Shown here piece after piece: positions 19,732 through 29,245 of a stretch of 64,000 bases of DNA. Each line of letters starts with the position of its first letter. Position 1 is the first letter of the stretch. The position numbers and the translations under genes are program-made. The notes under the pieces are model-generated. The model made no database searches. It was not told the DNA's origin and saw nothing but the letters and a program-made list of their open reading frames with translations. The stretch lies in contig CAZEHS010000004.1 in assembly GCA_964511875.1 (NCBI GenBank), positions 5,028 to 69,027 on the forward strand, written 5' to 3'. The stretch is from an uncultured Peptostreptococcaceae bacterium. Its GTDB lineage: Bacteria > Bacillota > Clostridia > Peptostreptococcales > Acidaminobacteraceae.

Positions 19732-20640
19732 GTGAAAAAACTAATGATATTCGGTGGAAGTGGTTTTGTTGGTGGCAACATGACTAAAGTCGCGCAAAAG
19801 CAGGGCTGGAGAGTCATTATTGCAGACAGTTTTTACAGACCTGGTGTGGATGAAGTGGAATGGCTCACGGTAGATATCACGGATAAAGAACAGATTGAAA
19901 AAGCGATAGATGTGATCAAACCGCAAGCTGTGGTAAATCTCGCGGCCATTGCGGACATCGACAAAGTTGAAAACAATAAGGAGCTGGCGTGGTCCGTGAA
20001 TGTGACGGGGGCCAAGAACATTGCTGAGAGCTGTGCCAAGCATGGAACAAAGCTTGTCTTCTTTTCCAGTGATGCAGTATTCAGCGGCCAAGGCGTCGAC
20101 TATAGGGAAGAAGACCTTCCAGCCCCTGTGAATTATTACGGCTATACCAAGGCTGAAGCTGAAAAAGCAGTGTTGACAGCTCATCCGGGTGCAGCAGTAA
20201 TCAGGATATCACTGGTGATGGGGTTTCCTGTAACAGGGGGCAATTCCTTCTTTGAGTCGCTGAGAATCAAACTTGAAAATTCGGTTGAAATCCTGTGCCC
20301 TATGAGTGAAGTAAGGACCCCAGTGGATGTGCTGACGCTTTCAGAAGTCGTATTGGAGTTGGCGGAGGATGATTATACAGGAATTCTTCATATTGGTGCG
20401 ACTGACAGTATCAATCGATATGAGCTGACCAAAAGAGCAGCAGTAATGATGGGATTCAGTGAAGATTTAGTCAAGTTACAGACTCTGGAGGAAATTATAC
20501 CTGGCAGAGCACCCAGGCACAAGAACGGGATCATAAGCGTTGACAAGGCCCAACGGGTTTTAGAAACCAGAATCCTCAGCGTCAGTGAAGGGATTAGCAG
20601 AGTCATCCAGAAGGAAATGAATCCTGACAGATATGTTTGA
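19732..20640 (+). CDS. NAD(P)-dependent extended SDR, RmlD (dTDP-4-dehydrorhamnose reductase)-like
   Basis: MIFGGSGFVGGN Rossmann motif and YGYTK catalytic motif. GTG start with GGAAGGAG RBS. Confidence 0.7.
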   Translation: MKKLMIFGGSGFVGGNMTKVAQKQGWRVIIADSFYRPGVDEVEWLTVDITDKEQIEKAIDVIKPQAVVNLAAIADIDKVENNKELAWSVNVTGAKNIAESCAKHGTKLVFFSSDAVFSGQGVDYREEDLPAPVNYYGYTKAEAEKAVLTAHPGAAVIRISLVMGFPVTGGNSFFESLRIKLENSVEILCPMSEVRTPVDVLTLSEVVLELAEDDYTGILHIGATDSINRYELTKRAAVMMGFSEDLVKLQTLEEIIPGRAPRHKNGIISVDKAQRVLETRILSVSEGISRVIQKEMNPDRYV

Positions 20641-20707
20641 TAATGGCGAAAAACATAAGTGATAAATAGCAGAGGTTGCTAATTAAACTATGATAGGAGT
20701 GTTATTA

Positions 20708-21904
20708 ATGATTAAACCTAAAATAAAGTATAATCTAGAAGTTGCATATGGGACAACGTATGGTCTAGAAGAAGAAGTAGCATTGTTGGATGTCTTGAAA
20801 AACCAGGCTCCTTCCTGTGGCAAAAAGGTCAAGGAATTTGAAGACGCGTTTGCCACGTACTGCGGCACTGAGTATGCACTTGCGCTCACATCAGCAACTA
20901 CTGGTCTTACTCTGGCAGGCATTGCTGCAGGTATTCAGCCAGGGGATGAAGTGATTACTACGCCTGTCAGTTGGATTTCTACGGCGTCTGCGTTTTCGGT
21001 TTTGGGAGCCAATATTGTTTTTTGTGATGTGGACCCTGAAACCCTTAATCTAGATGCCGAAAAACTGGAAGAAAAAATCACCTCCAAAACAAAAGTTATT
21101 GTGCCGGTTCACCTATATGGTCAATGCTGTGAGATGGATAAGATTATGGAAATCGCAAATAAGCATGGCATAGTTGTTATTGAGGATTGTGCCCATAGCC
21201 CTGGTGCGCAATACAAAGGTAAGCTGGCTGGTAATATGGGGCACATGGGTGTATTCAGTTTTCACCAGCAGAAGAACATGTCTACGTTGGGTGAAGGCGG
21301 CTTGGTGACTACAAATGATAGTAAGTATTTTGAAAGTATTCTGTCCTATCGTTCTCTTTGCTGTAGAATTTATGGTGAAAGTGATAAGTACCTGTCAATT
21401 GATGAAGAAAAATTTCCCATGGGCAAGGAATACTGGAAATTAAGTTTTGATGACATCGGCTATAATTTCAGAATGATTGATGCCCAGGCTGCCGTAGGCA
21501 TTGAGCAACTGAAGAAACTTGATGGTAACAATAAAAAGAGAAATGAGCTGGCTCAGAGACTCACAAAAAAATTAGAAGGAATCGAAGGGCTGACTCTTCC
21601 CTATGTAGATCCCAATGGCAAACATACTTTCCACCTGTATATGGTGAAGGTGGAAGATACATTCCCCATGCCCAAAGCTGATTTCATGTGGGAACTCTAT
21701 ACGAACAAAGGCATCAAAGCGTGGTCTCATTATACGCCAATCCATCTGACTGCGCCTTATAGAGCCAAAGGACATATGGTGGGAGAATGTCCTGTAGCAG
21801 AAAATGAATTCGAGAAATATGTAACACTACCCATCCACCCAAGGCTGACGGATGAGGCAATCGATTATATGGCTGCCAGCATCAGGGAACTGGCAGGGAA
21901 GTAG
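20708..21904 (+). CDS. DegT/DnrJ/EryC1/StrS-family PLP aminotransferase
   Basis: VFSFHQQKNMSTLGEGGLVTTND (PLP-lysine region). AGGAG RBS before the ATG at 20708. Confidence 0.8.
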   Translation: MIKPKIKYNLEVAYGTTYGLEEEVALLDVLKNQAPSCGKKVKEFEDAFATYCGTEYALALTSATTGLTLAGIAAGIQPGDEVITTPVSWISTASAFSVLGANIVFCDVDPETLNLDAEKLEEKITSKTKVIVPVHLYGQCCEMDKIMEIANKHGIVVIEDCAHSPGAQYKGKLAGNMGHMGVFSFHQQKNMSTLGEGGLVTTNDSKYFESILSYRSLCCRIYGESDKYLSIDEEKFPMGKEYWKLSFDDIGYNFRMIDAQAAVGIEQLKKLDGNNKKRNELAQRLTKKLEGIEGLTLPYVDPNGKHTFHLYMVKVEDTFPMPKADFMWELYTNKGIKAWSHYTPIHLTAPYRAKGHMVGECPVAENEFEKYVTLPIHPRLTDEAIDYMAASIRELAGK

Positions 21905-21949
21905 ATTGCATGCTTGGTTTGTCAACATTAAGAGAATGAGGTGAAGTTG

Positions 21950-23245
21950 ATGCTTGAGTTGAATAAGGTTAAAATAGCGCTTAAACAGGGAGTAGCCCAA
22001 GTGCTGTTTGAGCAGCTTTATGGAAAAAAGTCGGGGGTTGTTGAAAAACAAATTCAACGGTATGTAAGTGCAATTGACCAGTTTTCTGAAATTTATCCTG
22101 AGCACAGTGAGATTGACCTTTTCAGTACGCCGGGAAGGACGGAAGTTGGAGGAAACCATACCGATCATAATGCAGGCAGAGTGCTGGCTGCAGCAATTGA
22201 TCTGGATGTCATCGCTGTGGCAGCGAAAAACAACACTGGGATCATCAGCATCCATTCGGAGGGTTTTTCGCGGAATGAAATACAGATCAGCCAGCTCGCG
22301 GCGGTTAGGGATGAGCGGTATACATCTGCTGCTCTAATCAGAGGAGTATGTGCCAGACTGAATGAACTGGGGTATGCAATTGGGGGTTTTGATGCCTATA
22401 TTACCAGCAATGTGCTGAAAGGCTCTGGACTTAGCTCATCTGCAGCTTTTGAGGTCATAGTCGTCAGTATTCTCAACCATTTTTATAATGAAGCAAAGAT
22501 AGATGATATCCTGGGGGCGCAGATTGCACAAGTTGCTGAGAATGAATACTTCGGGAAGCCCTGCGGGCTGATGGACCAGACAACTTGTGCAGTTGGAGGC
22601 TTAGTGACCATCGATTTCGAAGATTTTGACAGTCCTATAGTCAGAAAGGTAGATTACGATTTTTCGAATAATGGGTTTACTATGGTAATTGTGGATACAG
22701 GTGGGAATCACGCTGACTTGAACGAAGATTATGAGGCACTAGAACATGAAATGAAAGAAGTTGCAAAAGCTCTCGGTGGCCAAGTTCTTCGTGAAATACC
22801 AAAAGATAGAATGCTTGGAAATATTAATGTTTTACGGACGAAAGTCAGTGACCGTGCAATCCTGAGAGCGCTCCATTTCTATGCCGATGACCAACGTGTC
22901 GTTAAGCAGGTTGACGCCTTGGAAAAGAATAATTACTTCAAATTTTTAGAGCTAGTGATTGAGTCTGGTAACAGCTCTTGGATGTTGTGTCAGAATTGTT
23001 ATTCAACCCAGGATGTTGAGAAGCAGGGAATAACAGTTGCTCTTGCAATGACTGAGCACTTCCTTAAGGGAAAAGGTGCGTGGCGAGTCCATGGAGGCGG
23101 TTTTGCAGGAACGATACAATCTTTTGTGCCCAATGAGGTTCTCGAAGATTATCTCAGATTAATGCAAGCTGTTTTTGGGGGCGATTCCTGTCATGAACTC
23201 ATTATTAGGCCCTATGGAACGATGAGAATTGCATTAGAAGTATAG
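21950..23245 (+). CDS. GHMP kinase, galactokinase family
   Basis: PGRTEVGGNHTDHNAGRVLAAAID (galactokinase-signature-like) and GSGLSSSAAFEV (GHMP motif). GAGGTG RBS before the ATG at 21950. Confidence 0.75.
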   Translation: MLELNKVKIALKQGVAQVLFEQLYGKKSGVVEKQIQRYVSAIDQFSEIYPEHSEIDLFSTPGRTEVGGNHTDHNAGRVLAAAIDLDVIAVAAKNNTGIISIHSEGFSRNEIQISQLAAVRDERYTSAALIRGVCARLNELGYAIGGFDAYITSNVLKGSGLSSSAAFEVIVVSILNHFYNEAKIDDILGAQIAQVAENEYFGKPCGLMDQTTCAVGGLVTIDFEDFDSPIVRKVDYDFSNNGFTMVIVDTGGNHADLNEDYEALEHEMKEVAKALGGQVLREIPKDRMLGNINVLRTKVSDRAILRALHFYADDQRVVKQVDALEKNNYFKFLELVIESGNSSWMLCQNCYSTQDVEKQGITVALAMTEHFLKGKGAWRVHGGGFAGTIQSFVPNEVLEDYLRLMQAVFGGDSCHELIIRPYGTMRIALEV

Positions 23246-23485
23246 ATAGCTGGATAACGATAATTGTGGCTTTTAGTTCATCCAGATTGGGTGAAAACGG
23301 TAAATGAAATATGTGACTCAATCGCATCCGTTTGGATCAGAATCCCCCCTTGCATTAACTCCGATATAATCTTAGGTGCCATGTCTACAAACTTCGTATA
23401 TCATACTATAGCATCCTCCGCTTGCTCTTTGTCGGAAGGATGCTCTTAGCATTATTAAATCTTTCGAAGGGGGAAAACGAGACAA

Positions 23486-24745
23486 ATGCTAGGATATGAG
23501 AATTGTGAATTCAGGATTTATAATCGACGTTGGAGTGTACTTGCGGCCTATGTTGGTGTGGGTACTGCAATGCAGTTTCTCTGGGCTACATTCTTTTCAA
23601 TCACGACTCAGGCGTGGCAATATTACGGATTTGTGGACAAAGCTAAGGGTGAAACCGCGATCAGCAATCTGTCCATGATAATTATGCTGGGCATGGTCAC
23701 TTTTTCATTTCTTTCAATGTGGGTTTTAGAAAAATTTGGTTGGTATAACTCGGTAGTATATTCTTGTATTCTGATGTCGCTATGCGCATTGGCCCGTGGT
23801 TTCTGGGGTGAAAGTTACACAGCAGTCCTTTGGTGTACTGTTGGTTTATCAATGGCGCAACCTTGTATAGTGAATTCAGTTGGTATGGTTGCAGGAAAAT
23901 GGTTCCCCCCAAAGGAAAGGGCAACTGCCAATGGATTGGGTGTATTTGCAATATTTTTAGGCGTAATGATAGGAATGCTAGGAACTCCTGCAATGATTCA
24001 GGCTGGGGTAAGCATTAAGGATGCACTGAAAATGTATGGTTATGCAACGGTAATACTTACAATTATATTTTCGGTTGTAGCTAGTGAGAACCCTCCGTCT
24101 CCTCCAACTTACGATAGGTTAGTTGAGCGTGCCCACTTAATTGAAGGTCTGAAAGTGTGCCTAAAGCGCAAGAGCTTCCTAGGAGCTATTCTGATTTGCT
24201 TCAGCGTCTACGGTATTTATGGTGTATTTTCCACATTAATTCAACCGATTTTGAATTTCTTCTCGGGCGATAAACCATTGGAAGCAGTGACGATTGGTTT
24301 TATTGGTGTGGTGATAGCAGTCAGTGGGTTGTTAGGTACCATCCTTATCCCCATTATGACGGACAAAGACTTACACAAGAGACGACTACCGATTATGAAG
24401 ATGAGTTTGGCGTTGAGTATCGTAGGATTTCTTATGTTCACCTTCTTTCATCAACTAGTTATGATTAGCTTTGCTGCTATTCTATATGGATTCTTCTTAA
24501 CGGGAATCATGCCGGTTTTACTTGTGTTTGGTGCTGAAGCCGCTTATCCGACGTCAGAGGGTACTTCAGTTGGACTTCTTCAATGGGCTGGAAATCTTGG
24601 GAGTTTATTGTTCCTAACACTGAGTACTTTCTTCAACGGAAATCATTTATATACCATGATACTCCTTATTGGGATTCTGTTGGCATGCATTCTCATTGCT
24701 AGTATCACCGATGAATCCTTAGAACATGAAAGGCTTCTAGAATAG
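23486..24745 (+). CDS. MFS transporter
   Basis: About 12 predicted hydrophobic segments, 419 aa. Confidence 0.7.
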   Translation: MLGYENCEFRIYNRRWSVLAAYVGVGTAMQFLWATFFSITTQAWQYYGFVDKAKGETAISNLSMIIMLGMVTFSFLSMWVLEKFGWYNSVVYSCILMSLCALARGFWGESYTAVLWCTVGLSMAQPCIVNSVGMVAGKWFPPKERATANGLGVFAIFLGVMIGMLGTPAMIQAGVSIKDALKMYGYATVILTIIFSVVASENPPSPPTYDRLVERAHLIEGLKVCLKRKSFLGAILICFSVYGIYGVFSTLIQPILNFFSGDKPLEAVTIGFIGVVIAVSGLLGTILIPIMTDKDLHKRRLPIMKMSLALSIVGFLMFTFFHQLVMISFAAILYGFFLTGIMPVLLVFGAEAAYPTSEGTSVGLLQWAGNLGSLLFLTLSTFFNGNHLYTMILLIGILLACILIASITDESLEHERLLE

Positions 24746-24867
24746 CGGATAACAGAAAGTTGAATTTGATCGATTATTAACTCAAGTTTCTCAGCAGAAT
24801 CCGGCATTAAACCTTGATATAACTAGGCTGTAAGTCAATCCAATGAGCTGCTTGATTAATTGGATTC

Positions 24868-25140
24868 TTGTTTTTAACTTCGGGCACGATAATCTTCGCT
24901 GTACAAAGAACTCCATCAACTGAGTCCCACCATGAGAAATACGGCGGAACTGGTTATCCGGACGGACTCTCAGGAGATAACATCCTTATGGGGGCCGGAA
25001 TTATTGCTATTGCCGATGTCTTCGTCGCCACAACCTTCAATCGTTCTTATTGTGCCCCAATGAATCCAGATGACGCGGTAGATTTCATAAAAACAATGCA
25101 GGGATTCATTTTGCCTCATTCCTTGCTGCATTATTTGTAA
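24868..25140 (+). pseudogene. 5'-truncated HD-GYP domain fragment
   Basis: HHEKYGGTGYPDGLSGDNI...IIAIADVF matches only the C-terminal half of HD-GYP. There is no HD motif or RBS upstream. Confidence 0.6.
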
Positions 25141-25402
25141 GGATATCTCAAGTGATTTATGACAAATGGCATATTTTGAATTTTCATCCACCACTGAATA
25201 AATCAGATCCGCTTAATAAGTATTTTGCGAAAAGCGAACGCCTACCGGGAATGGAAATGAAATATGATATTGAAAAAACACCTAGAATTAAAGTGTATGT
25301 GCATCCATATGCATTGTAAATGTTTAGTGTCAGAAATTGTTGATTTTCTGGCTGAACCCCATAATAAAAATCTAAGAAAAACATAACAGGAGGGTAAATC
25401 TA

Positions 25403-25837
25403 GTGAGAACTGCAATGCAAAATAATATACACAGAAAAAGCGAAGCCAGTCCAATAAATTTAAATGGTTATTTAAAAAAATTCCTGATTCAAGCAGATGA
25501 ACTCTGCCCTCAAACCGCTCTCAGTCGGTCGTTCCCGCTATTGAGTGTGGATTCCGATTCCATCATTCTGAAAGTCAATGATGGCGGCTGCAAAACGCTG
25601 GGATTGACTCGAGAAAATCTAGAAGGCAAGAACATCGAAGAAATCCTGAACACGCAAAACATGGTTCAATTTAACAGCTTCAAGATCAAGACCTCAAAAG
25701 ATGAAATTGCGATTGGAGAACTGGAGATCAAAGATTTCAATGAGGAACTTCAGAAAGTAGTAATAGTCTGTTTGCAGAGTATTCAAGAGGATGAGATGAT
25801 AAGTTCAATTATTAACGTGCGCAAGACCTCAAGTTAG
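25403..25837 (+). CDS. Short PAS-like domain protein (possibly a gene remnant)
   Basis: GTG start with GGAGGG RBS. ILKVNDGGCKTLGLTRENLEGKNIEEIL is PAS-like. No output domain. Confidence 0.35.
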   Translation: MRTAMQNNIHRKSEASPINLNGYLKKFLIQADELCPQTALSRSFPLLSVDSDSIILKVNDGGCKTLGLTRENLEGKNIEEILNTQNMVQFNSFKIKTSKDEIAIGELEIKDFNEELQKVVIVCLQSIQEDEMISSIINVRKTSS

Positions 25838-26189
25838 AAAAGTCGATGCGATTATTGAAAAGTCGGATTTTCACCTCGATGGTGGACAAAGTCTTTCAAA
25901 AGCATGCTGTAATGATTTGGATCTAAAACGCGGATCGTAAATCTCGGGTGAATATTATCAAATAAAAGGCATTAACCTGAACAATTTGATAAGCGTTTCG
26001 AAACATTTTAATGACTGATACATCCTGAGGACATATGGAAAGTTGACCAAGCCAAGGTACTGGAGCGGGCAAAAGAAGTAGATTTTTCTTGACCACTTCA
26101 ATCAGTTTGATGCTGTCAGCGGTATATACCATTGTTGATTTTCAGGGGGATCAAGTTGAGTCATTTGCAAGTTGTGAATTAGATGGGGG

Positions 26190-26732
26190 GTGAGGAAGGG
26201 TTTGGTCAACAAGAGAAGTGTTAACCTGAAAAAAGACCTGGAAATCACTGTAATGGCGCCTTTCATCAAGGAGAGTTCCAACCAGCAGGTGGCGTTGCTC
26301 AAGAAGATTATAAAGATTCGCGAAGATATTATGGATGCCATATTAATGGGCGATGGCATTATTGAGATTATCAGGGTACTGAGGCAAAACTTAGAGAACC
26401 CCCTCATAGTAAAAAACCATCATTTTGAAGAGTATATTCTCGACGAACGGGACGCTCTAGGGGATTACGACACTTTGATAAAATGTGTAGCGAAATACTT
26501 CCAGACCACAACCTGTCAATTTGCTTTGCCTAAGAAGGTAAAGGCCAAGGTCATAGTAAACAACGAATATGTAGATTGGTTCGTTGTACCCATCCTAATC
26601 CAGAACAAAGTTAATGGACATATGGTGATTTTTGGAACCCGGCGGAATATCACAAATTTCGATATGTGTGTCTTGGAAATGGCTGCTAAAATTATCTCTT
26701 ATGAATTTCAGAATGTTTCTTGCACCGTGTAG
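26190..26732 (+). pseudogene. PucR/CdaR-type regulator sensor region lacking the C-terminal HTH (truncated)
   Basis: VVPILIQNKVNGHMVIFGTRRNITNFDMCVLEMAAKIISYEF resembles the central domain of PucR-family regulators. The ORF ends without an HTH. Confidence 0.35.
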
Positions 26733-27063
26733 CCGCGACACTTAGAAATACCTGCAGCCTCAGGATCTTGCTGATTTTCATGGTTCTGAATACTCGTTCG
26801 AAGCAAAAGATATTCTTTTCAGGAAGCGGATTTTGGTGCAAACTTGAACATTTTGTTTTAAATATGTAAGGAAATCTTTCGGTGTATCGAACCCTAGTCT
26901 GGAATAGGGAGGGTGTATCTACAGATGAGTATTACCCAAAACCCTGGGGCTTTTTTGGGGCCTTATAGAAGAAAAACGACATTGAAAGATAACATCATAA
27001 AAAGCAATAATCGAGTATTTTCAAGCAACTCACCCTCCTGTATAATTCGAAATACGGCATTTT

Positions 27064-27125
27064 ACAAGACTCGAAATCTGTTGAGCCGAAAGGTTCCTAG
27101 GGTTCGAATCCCTATCTCTCCGCCA
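27064..27125 (+). pseudogene. tRNA-Ser(CGA) 3' fragment: anticodon loop, long variable arm, T-arm and acceptor-CCA; 5' half missing
   Basis: CTCGAAA anticodon loop (CGA at 27072-27074), variable arm GAGCC-GAAA-GGTTC, T-arm AGGGTTCGAATCCCT, then TCTCTCCGCCA. No complementary GGAGAGA acceptor 5' strand or D-arm upstream. Confidence 0.65.
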
Positions 27126-27140
27126 AACGAATTGAGTAAA

Positions 27141-27180
27141 ATGAACGCTTGTGCTAATTGCATAAGCGTTCATTTTTATT
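27141..27180 (+). terminator. Intrinsic terminator after the tRNA fragment
   Basis: ATGAACGCTT-N13-AAGCGTTCAT followed by TTTTTATT. Confidence 0.7.
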
Positions 27181-27279
27181 CAGGTTATGCAGAAAATCTG
27201 ATTTTAGGGTGGGCTCTCTAAAAAGCCTTATGCATTTTGAGAAAAATTAAAGAAAACCATAAGAGTTCTCTGATTTCTT

Positions 27280-27411
27280 TCAGCCATTTCTTCGCTTAAG
27301 CAGATTAATCTCCAGGGCGTTTGAAGCGGCTTTTTTATTGTTTTCGATGGCATGAGCGTATATGTTAGCAGTTGTTGATTTCTGAGAATGACCAGTAATT
27401 TCTCCGGCAAA
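27280..27411 (-). pseudogene. Tyrosine integrase C-terminal fragment
   Basis: HFAGEITGHSQKSTTANIYAHAIENNKKAASNALE carries the GHS..TT..IY.H catalytic-tyrosine region. Homology stops exactly at repeat copy A. Confidence 0.65.
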
Positions 27412-27543
27412 ATGAAGTGAACCTTTGCTTCGGGTGGAGTTTCTACTCCATCCGAAGCTTAGTTGAACGGATCCAGGGCCTTTACAGTTCTCCACTCGCC
27501 GCTTATAGAAGCGGGAGTCTTAGAACTGTTAGGCATCGGATAA
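27412..27543 (+). repeat. Structured ~130-nt repeat family, copy A (132 nt)
   Basis: ATGAAGTGAACC...CTGTTAGGCATCGGATAA. Hairpin 1 is GCTTCGGGTGGAGT/ACTCCATCCGAAGC. Hairpin 2 is CAGTTCTCCACTCGCCGC/GCGGGAGTCTTAGAACTG. Confidence 0.9.
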
Positions 27544-27573
27544 AACCGCCTGTCCTGGAAGGATGGCGGTGGG
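27540..27573 (+). repeat. 34-nt direct repeat, copy 1 (31/34 identical to 28331-28364)
   Basis: ATAAAACCGCCTGTCCTGGAAGGATGGCGGTGGG. It also forms the terminator-like stem ACCGCC/GGCGGT downstream of the cupredoxin gene on the minus strand. Confidence 0.8.
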
Positions 27574-27614
27574 TGCTGCTTAATTCGACTTTTGAGTGAT
27601 TTGCTGGGATGCTG

Positions 27615-28022
27615 CTATTTGACAATCAATTTGCCATTCATATCACCATGACCTGATCCGCAAGGCACACTACAATAAAACTCAAACGTGCCCTTCTGAT
27701 CTGCTTGAATAGTAACTGTTTGGGTTTCGCCGCCGTTAACGATCACATTGACTTTATATGCATCAATACTAAAGCCATGCGTTGAATCTTTTGAAGTCAA
27801 GGTCAAATGAATCACATCACCTTGGTTGACCTCAATAGTATTAGGGTCAAAAGCAAATTTTGAGAGCTCCATGGTGATGTTATGTTCAACACCTGACGAG
27901 GCGCCTTGACTATTAGTTGGCTCTGGTGCTGGAGCTTTATCATTTTTACTTGGTTGATTTCCAGCAGAACACCCAACTAAAAGAACGAATACGCTTAATA
28001 AGATTAATAGTTTGATTTTCAT
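27615..28022 (-). CDS. Cupredoxin-fold lipoprotein with CuA-like C-x3-C-x3-H-x2-M site
   Basis: Lipobox LLVGC. HGF upstream plus FYCSVPCGSGHGDMNG matches the CuA/cupredoxin ligand spacing. Confidence 0.7.
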   Translation of the reverse strand: MKIKLLILLSVFVLLVGCSAGNQPSKNDKAPAPEPTNSQGASSGVEHNITMELSKFAFDPNTIEVNQGDVIHLTLTSKDSTHGFSIDAYKVNVIVNGGETQTVTIQADQKGTFEFYCSVPCGSGHGDMNGKLIVK

Positions 28023-28330
28023 ATTTGAATCTCCTTTTGATAATGCTTCCTAAATTCTACGTCAAATTTAGAATTCTTTGATTTTCAATTTTTTACGAAG
28101 AACTCAAGCAGTTCATTCCACGTTTTAACATTTCTTCTACCCTTTACTCGACATATTTATTACACCTATACCCTTTTTTTAGAACCGCAACACCGTTTCG
28201 CGGTCAATTAATAAGCCATTCATTTGTTGTGGCAAATGTACAATTACAAAAGCAAAAAGAACCGTCCCTTATGTTTTGAGTTCAAGTTTGCATGAGTAAA
28301 TTCCAGTGTGCAGAAACTATCCTTACAAAA

Positions 28331-28364
28331 ATAAAACGGCCTGTCCTGGAAGGGTAGCGGTGGG
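28331..28364 (+). repeat. 34-nt direct repeat, copy 2
   Basis: ATAAAACGGCCTGTCCTGGAAGGGTAGCGGTGGG. Embedded in the minus-strand terminator region of the hydrolase gene. Confidence 0.8.
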
Positions 28365-28393
28365 GGATGCAGGCGGTTTATTGTAGATAGTCT

Positions 28394-29191
28394 TCAGTTT
28401 GATGGTACAACGTCTGTTAGCCACTTGTAGAATGAAGCATAGGCTTTGCTATCAGTATCCAAATAATCCATATGACCTGCCTCCGGGACTTCTATGAAAT
28501 CTATCTCATCTCCAGCAGATCTTGCCAAACGGGCGTATTCTCTTGCCAATTCAACCGGCAGTCCATCATCAAGGGTACCATGCATGATAAGCTGACGCAC
28601 ACCAAGGGGGATCATTTCAATGGGCGAACTTATTAGGTATCTCTCAGGGACTTCCATCGGTGATCCACCGAGCAAATCTGAAACGGCATCATCTCCTGCA
28701 TGGGCTTCATATCCGCTTCTAAGATCAACAACTGGAGCTAAACCGACGACTGCACAGGGTTTTATTCGTAACCTCGTAAATGGGGAAGGGAACTCGCTGT
28801 CTTGTGCAGCGCACCACAATGCCAGATGACCACCGGCAGAGTGCCCGGCAATGATCACACGCCTCAAATCAAGTTCAATGCCGCTCTGTACAAATTGCTC
28901 CAGGTGATTTACCGCTTCAATAACATCATTGAATGTGCCTGGCCATCCGCCACCCTCTGCATCCAAGCGACGGTATTCCAAGTTCCAAACTGCAAAGCCA
29001 TGTGATGCAAGATCAAGAGCCATTGACGACAGTTGTTTTCGATCATAAGGCATACGCCAGAAGCCGCCATGAAGCAGGCAAATGACTGCAGGAAATTTTT
29101 TTTCGGTCAGGTATAGATCGCCTTCTTGGAAGAGCTCGGTTCCGTATTTTGCGGTGGTTTTTGAAAAGTGATGAATCGAAGAGCGGGGCAT
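28394..29191 (-). CDS. Alpha/beta hydrolase (esterase/arylformamidase-like)
   Basis: HGGFW oxyanion motif and GHSAGGHL nucleophile elbow. GGAGG RBS supports the ATG at 29191. Confidence 0.75.
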   Translation of the reverse strand: MPRSSIHHFSKTTAKYGTELFQEGDLYLTEKKFPAVICLLHGGFWRMPYDRKQLSSMALDLASHGFAVWNLEYRRLDAEGGGWPGTFNDVIEAVNHLEQFVQSGIELDLRRVIIAGHSAGGHLALWCAAQDSEFPSPFTRLRIKPCAVVGLAPVVDLRSGYEAHAGDDAVSDLLGGSPMEVPERYLISSPIEMIPLGVRQLIMHGTLDDGLPVELAREYARLARSAGDEIDFIEVPEAGHMDYLDTDSKAYASFYKWLTDVVPSN

Positions 29192-29245
29192 AGAACCTCC
29201 AAAATACAAACGGAACCTTCATTTACACATAGTCGTTATTTCGTT

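Noticed and set aside
26887-26897. TCGAACCCTAG, an inverted match to the tRNA T-arm sequence CTAGGGTTCGA at 27097-27107
   Set aside because: It is only 11 nt in inverted orientation, with no further tRNA-like structure around it. This is too short to call an att site or tRNA remnant.
26913-27221. 102-aa plus-strand ORF
   Set aside because: It is translated across the tRNA-Ser fragment and its terminator hairpin. That region is better explained as an RNA-gene remnant.
27528-27534. GTTAGGC near the 3' end of every repeat copy matches the integron attC core-site consensus GTTRRRY
   Set aside because: There is no inverse core site (RYYYAAC) at the 5' end, no integron integrase and no attI or cassette array. 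The 7-mer match is probably coincidental.
27549-27573. CCTGTCCTGGAAGGATGGCGG resembles the SRP RNA domain IV apical region (GGUCCGGAAGGAAGCAGCC)
   Set aside because: It is only about 25 nt and present twice. It lacks the rest of an SRP RNA helix and sits in terminator positions, so it is not an SRP RNA gene.
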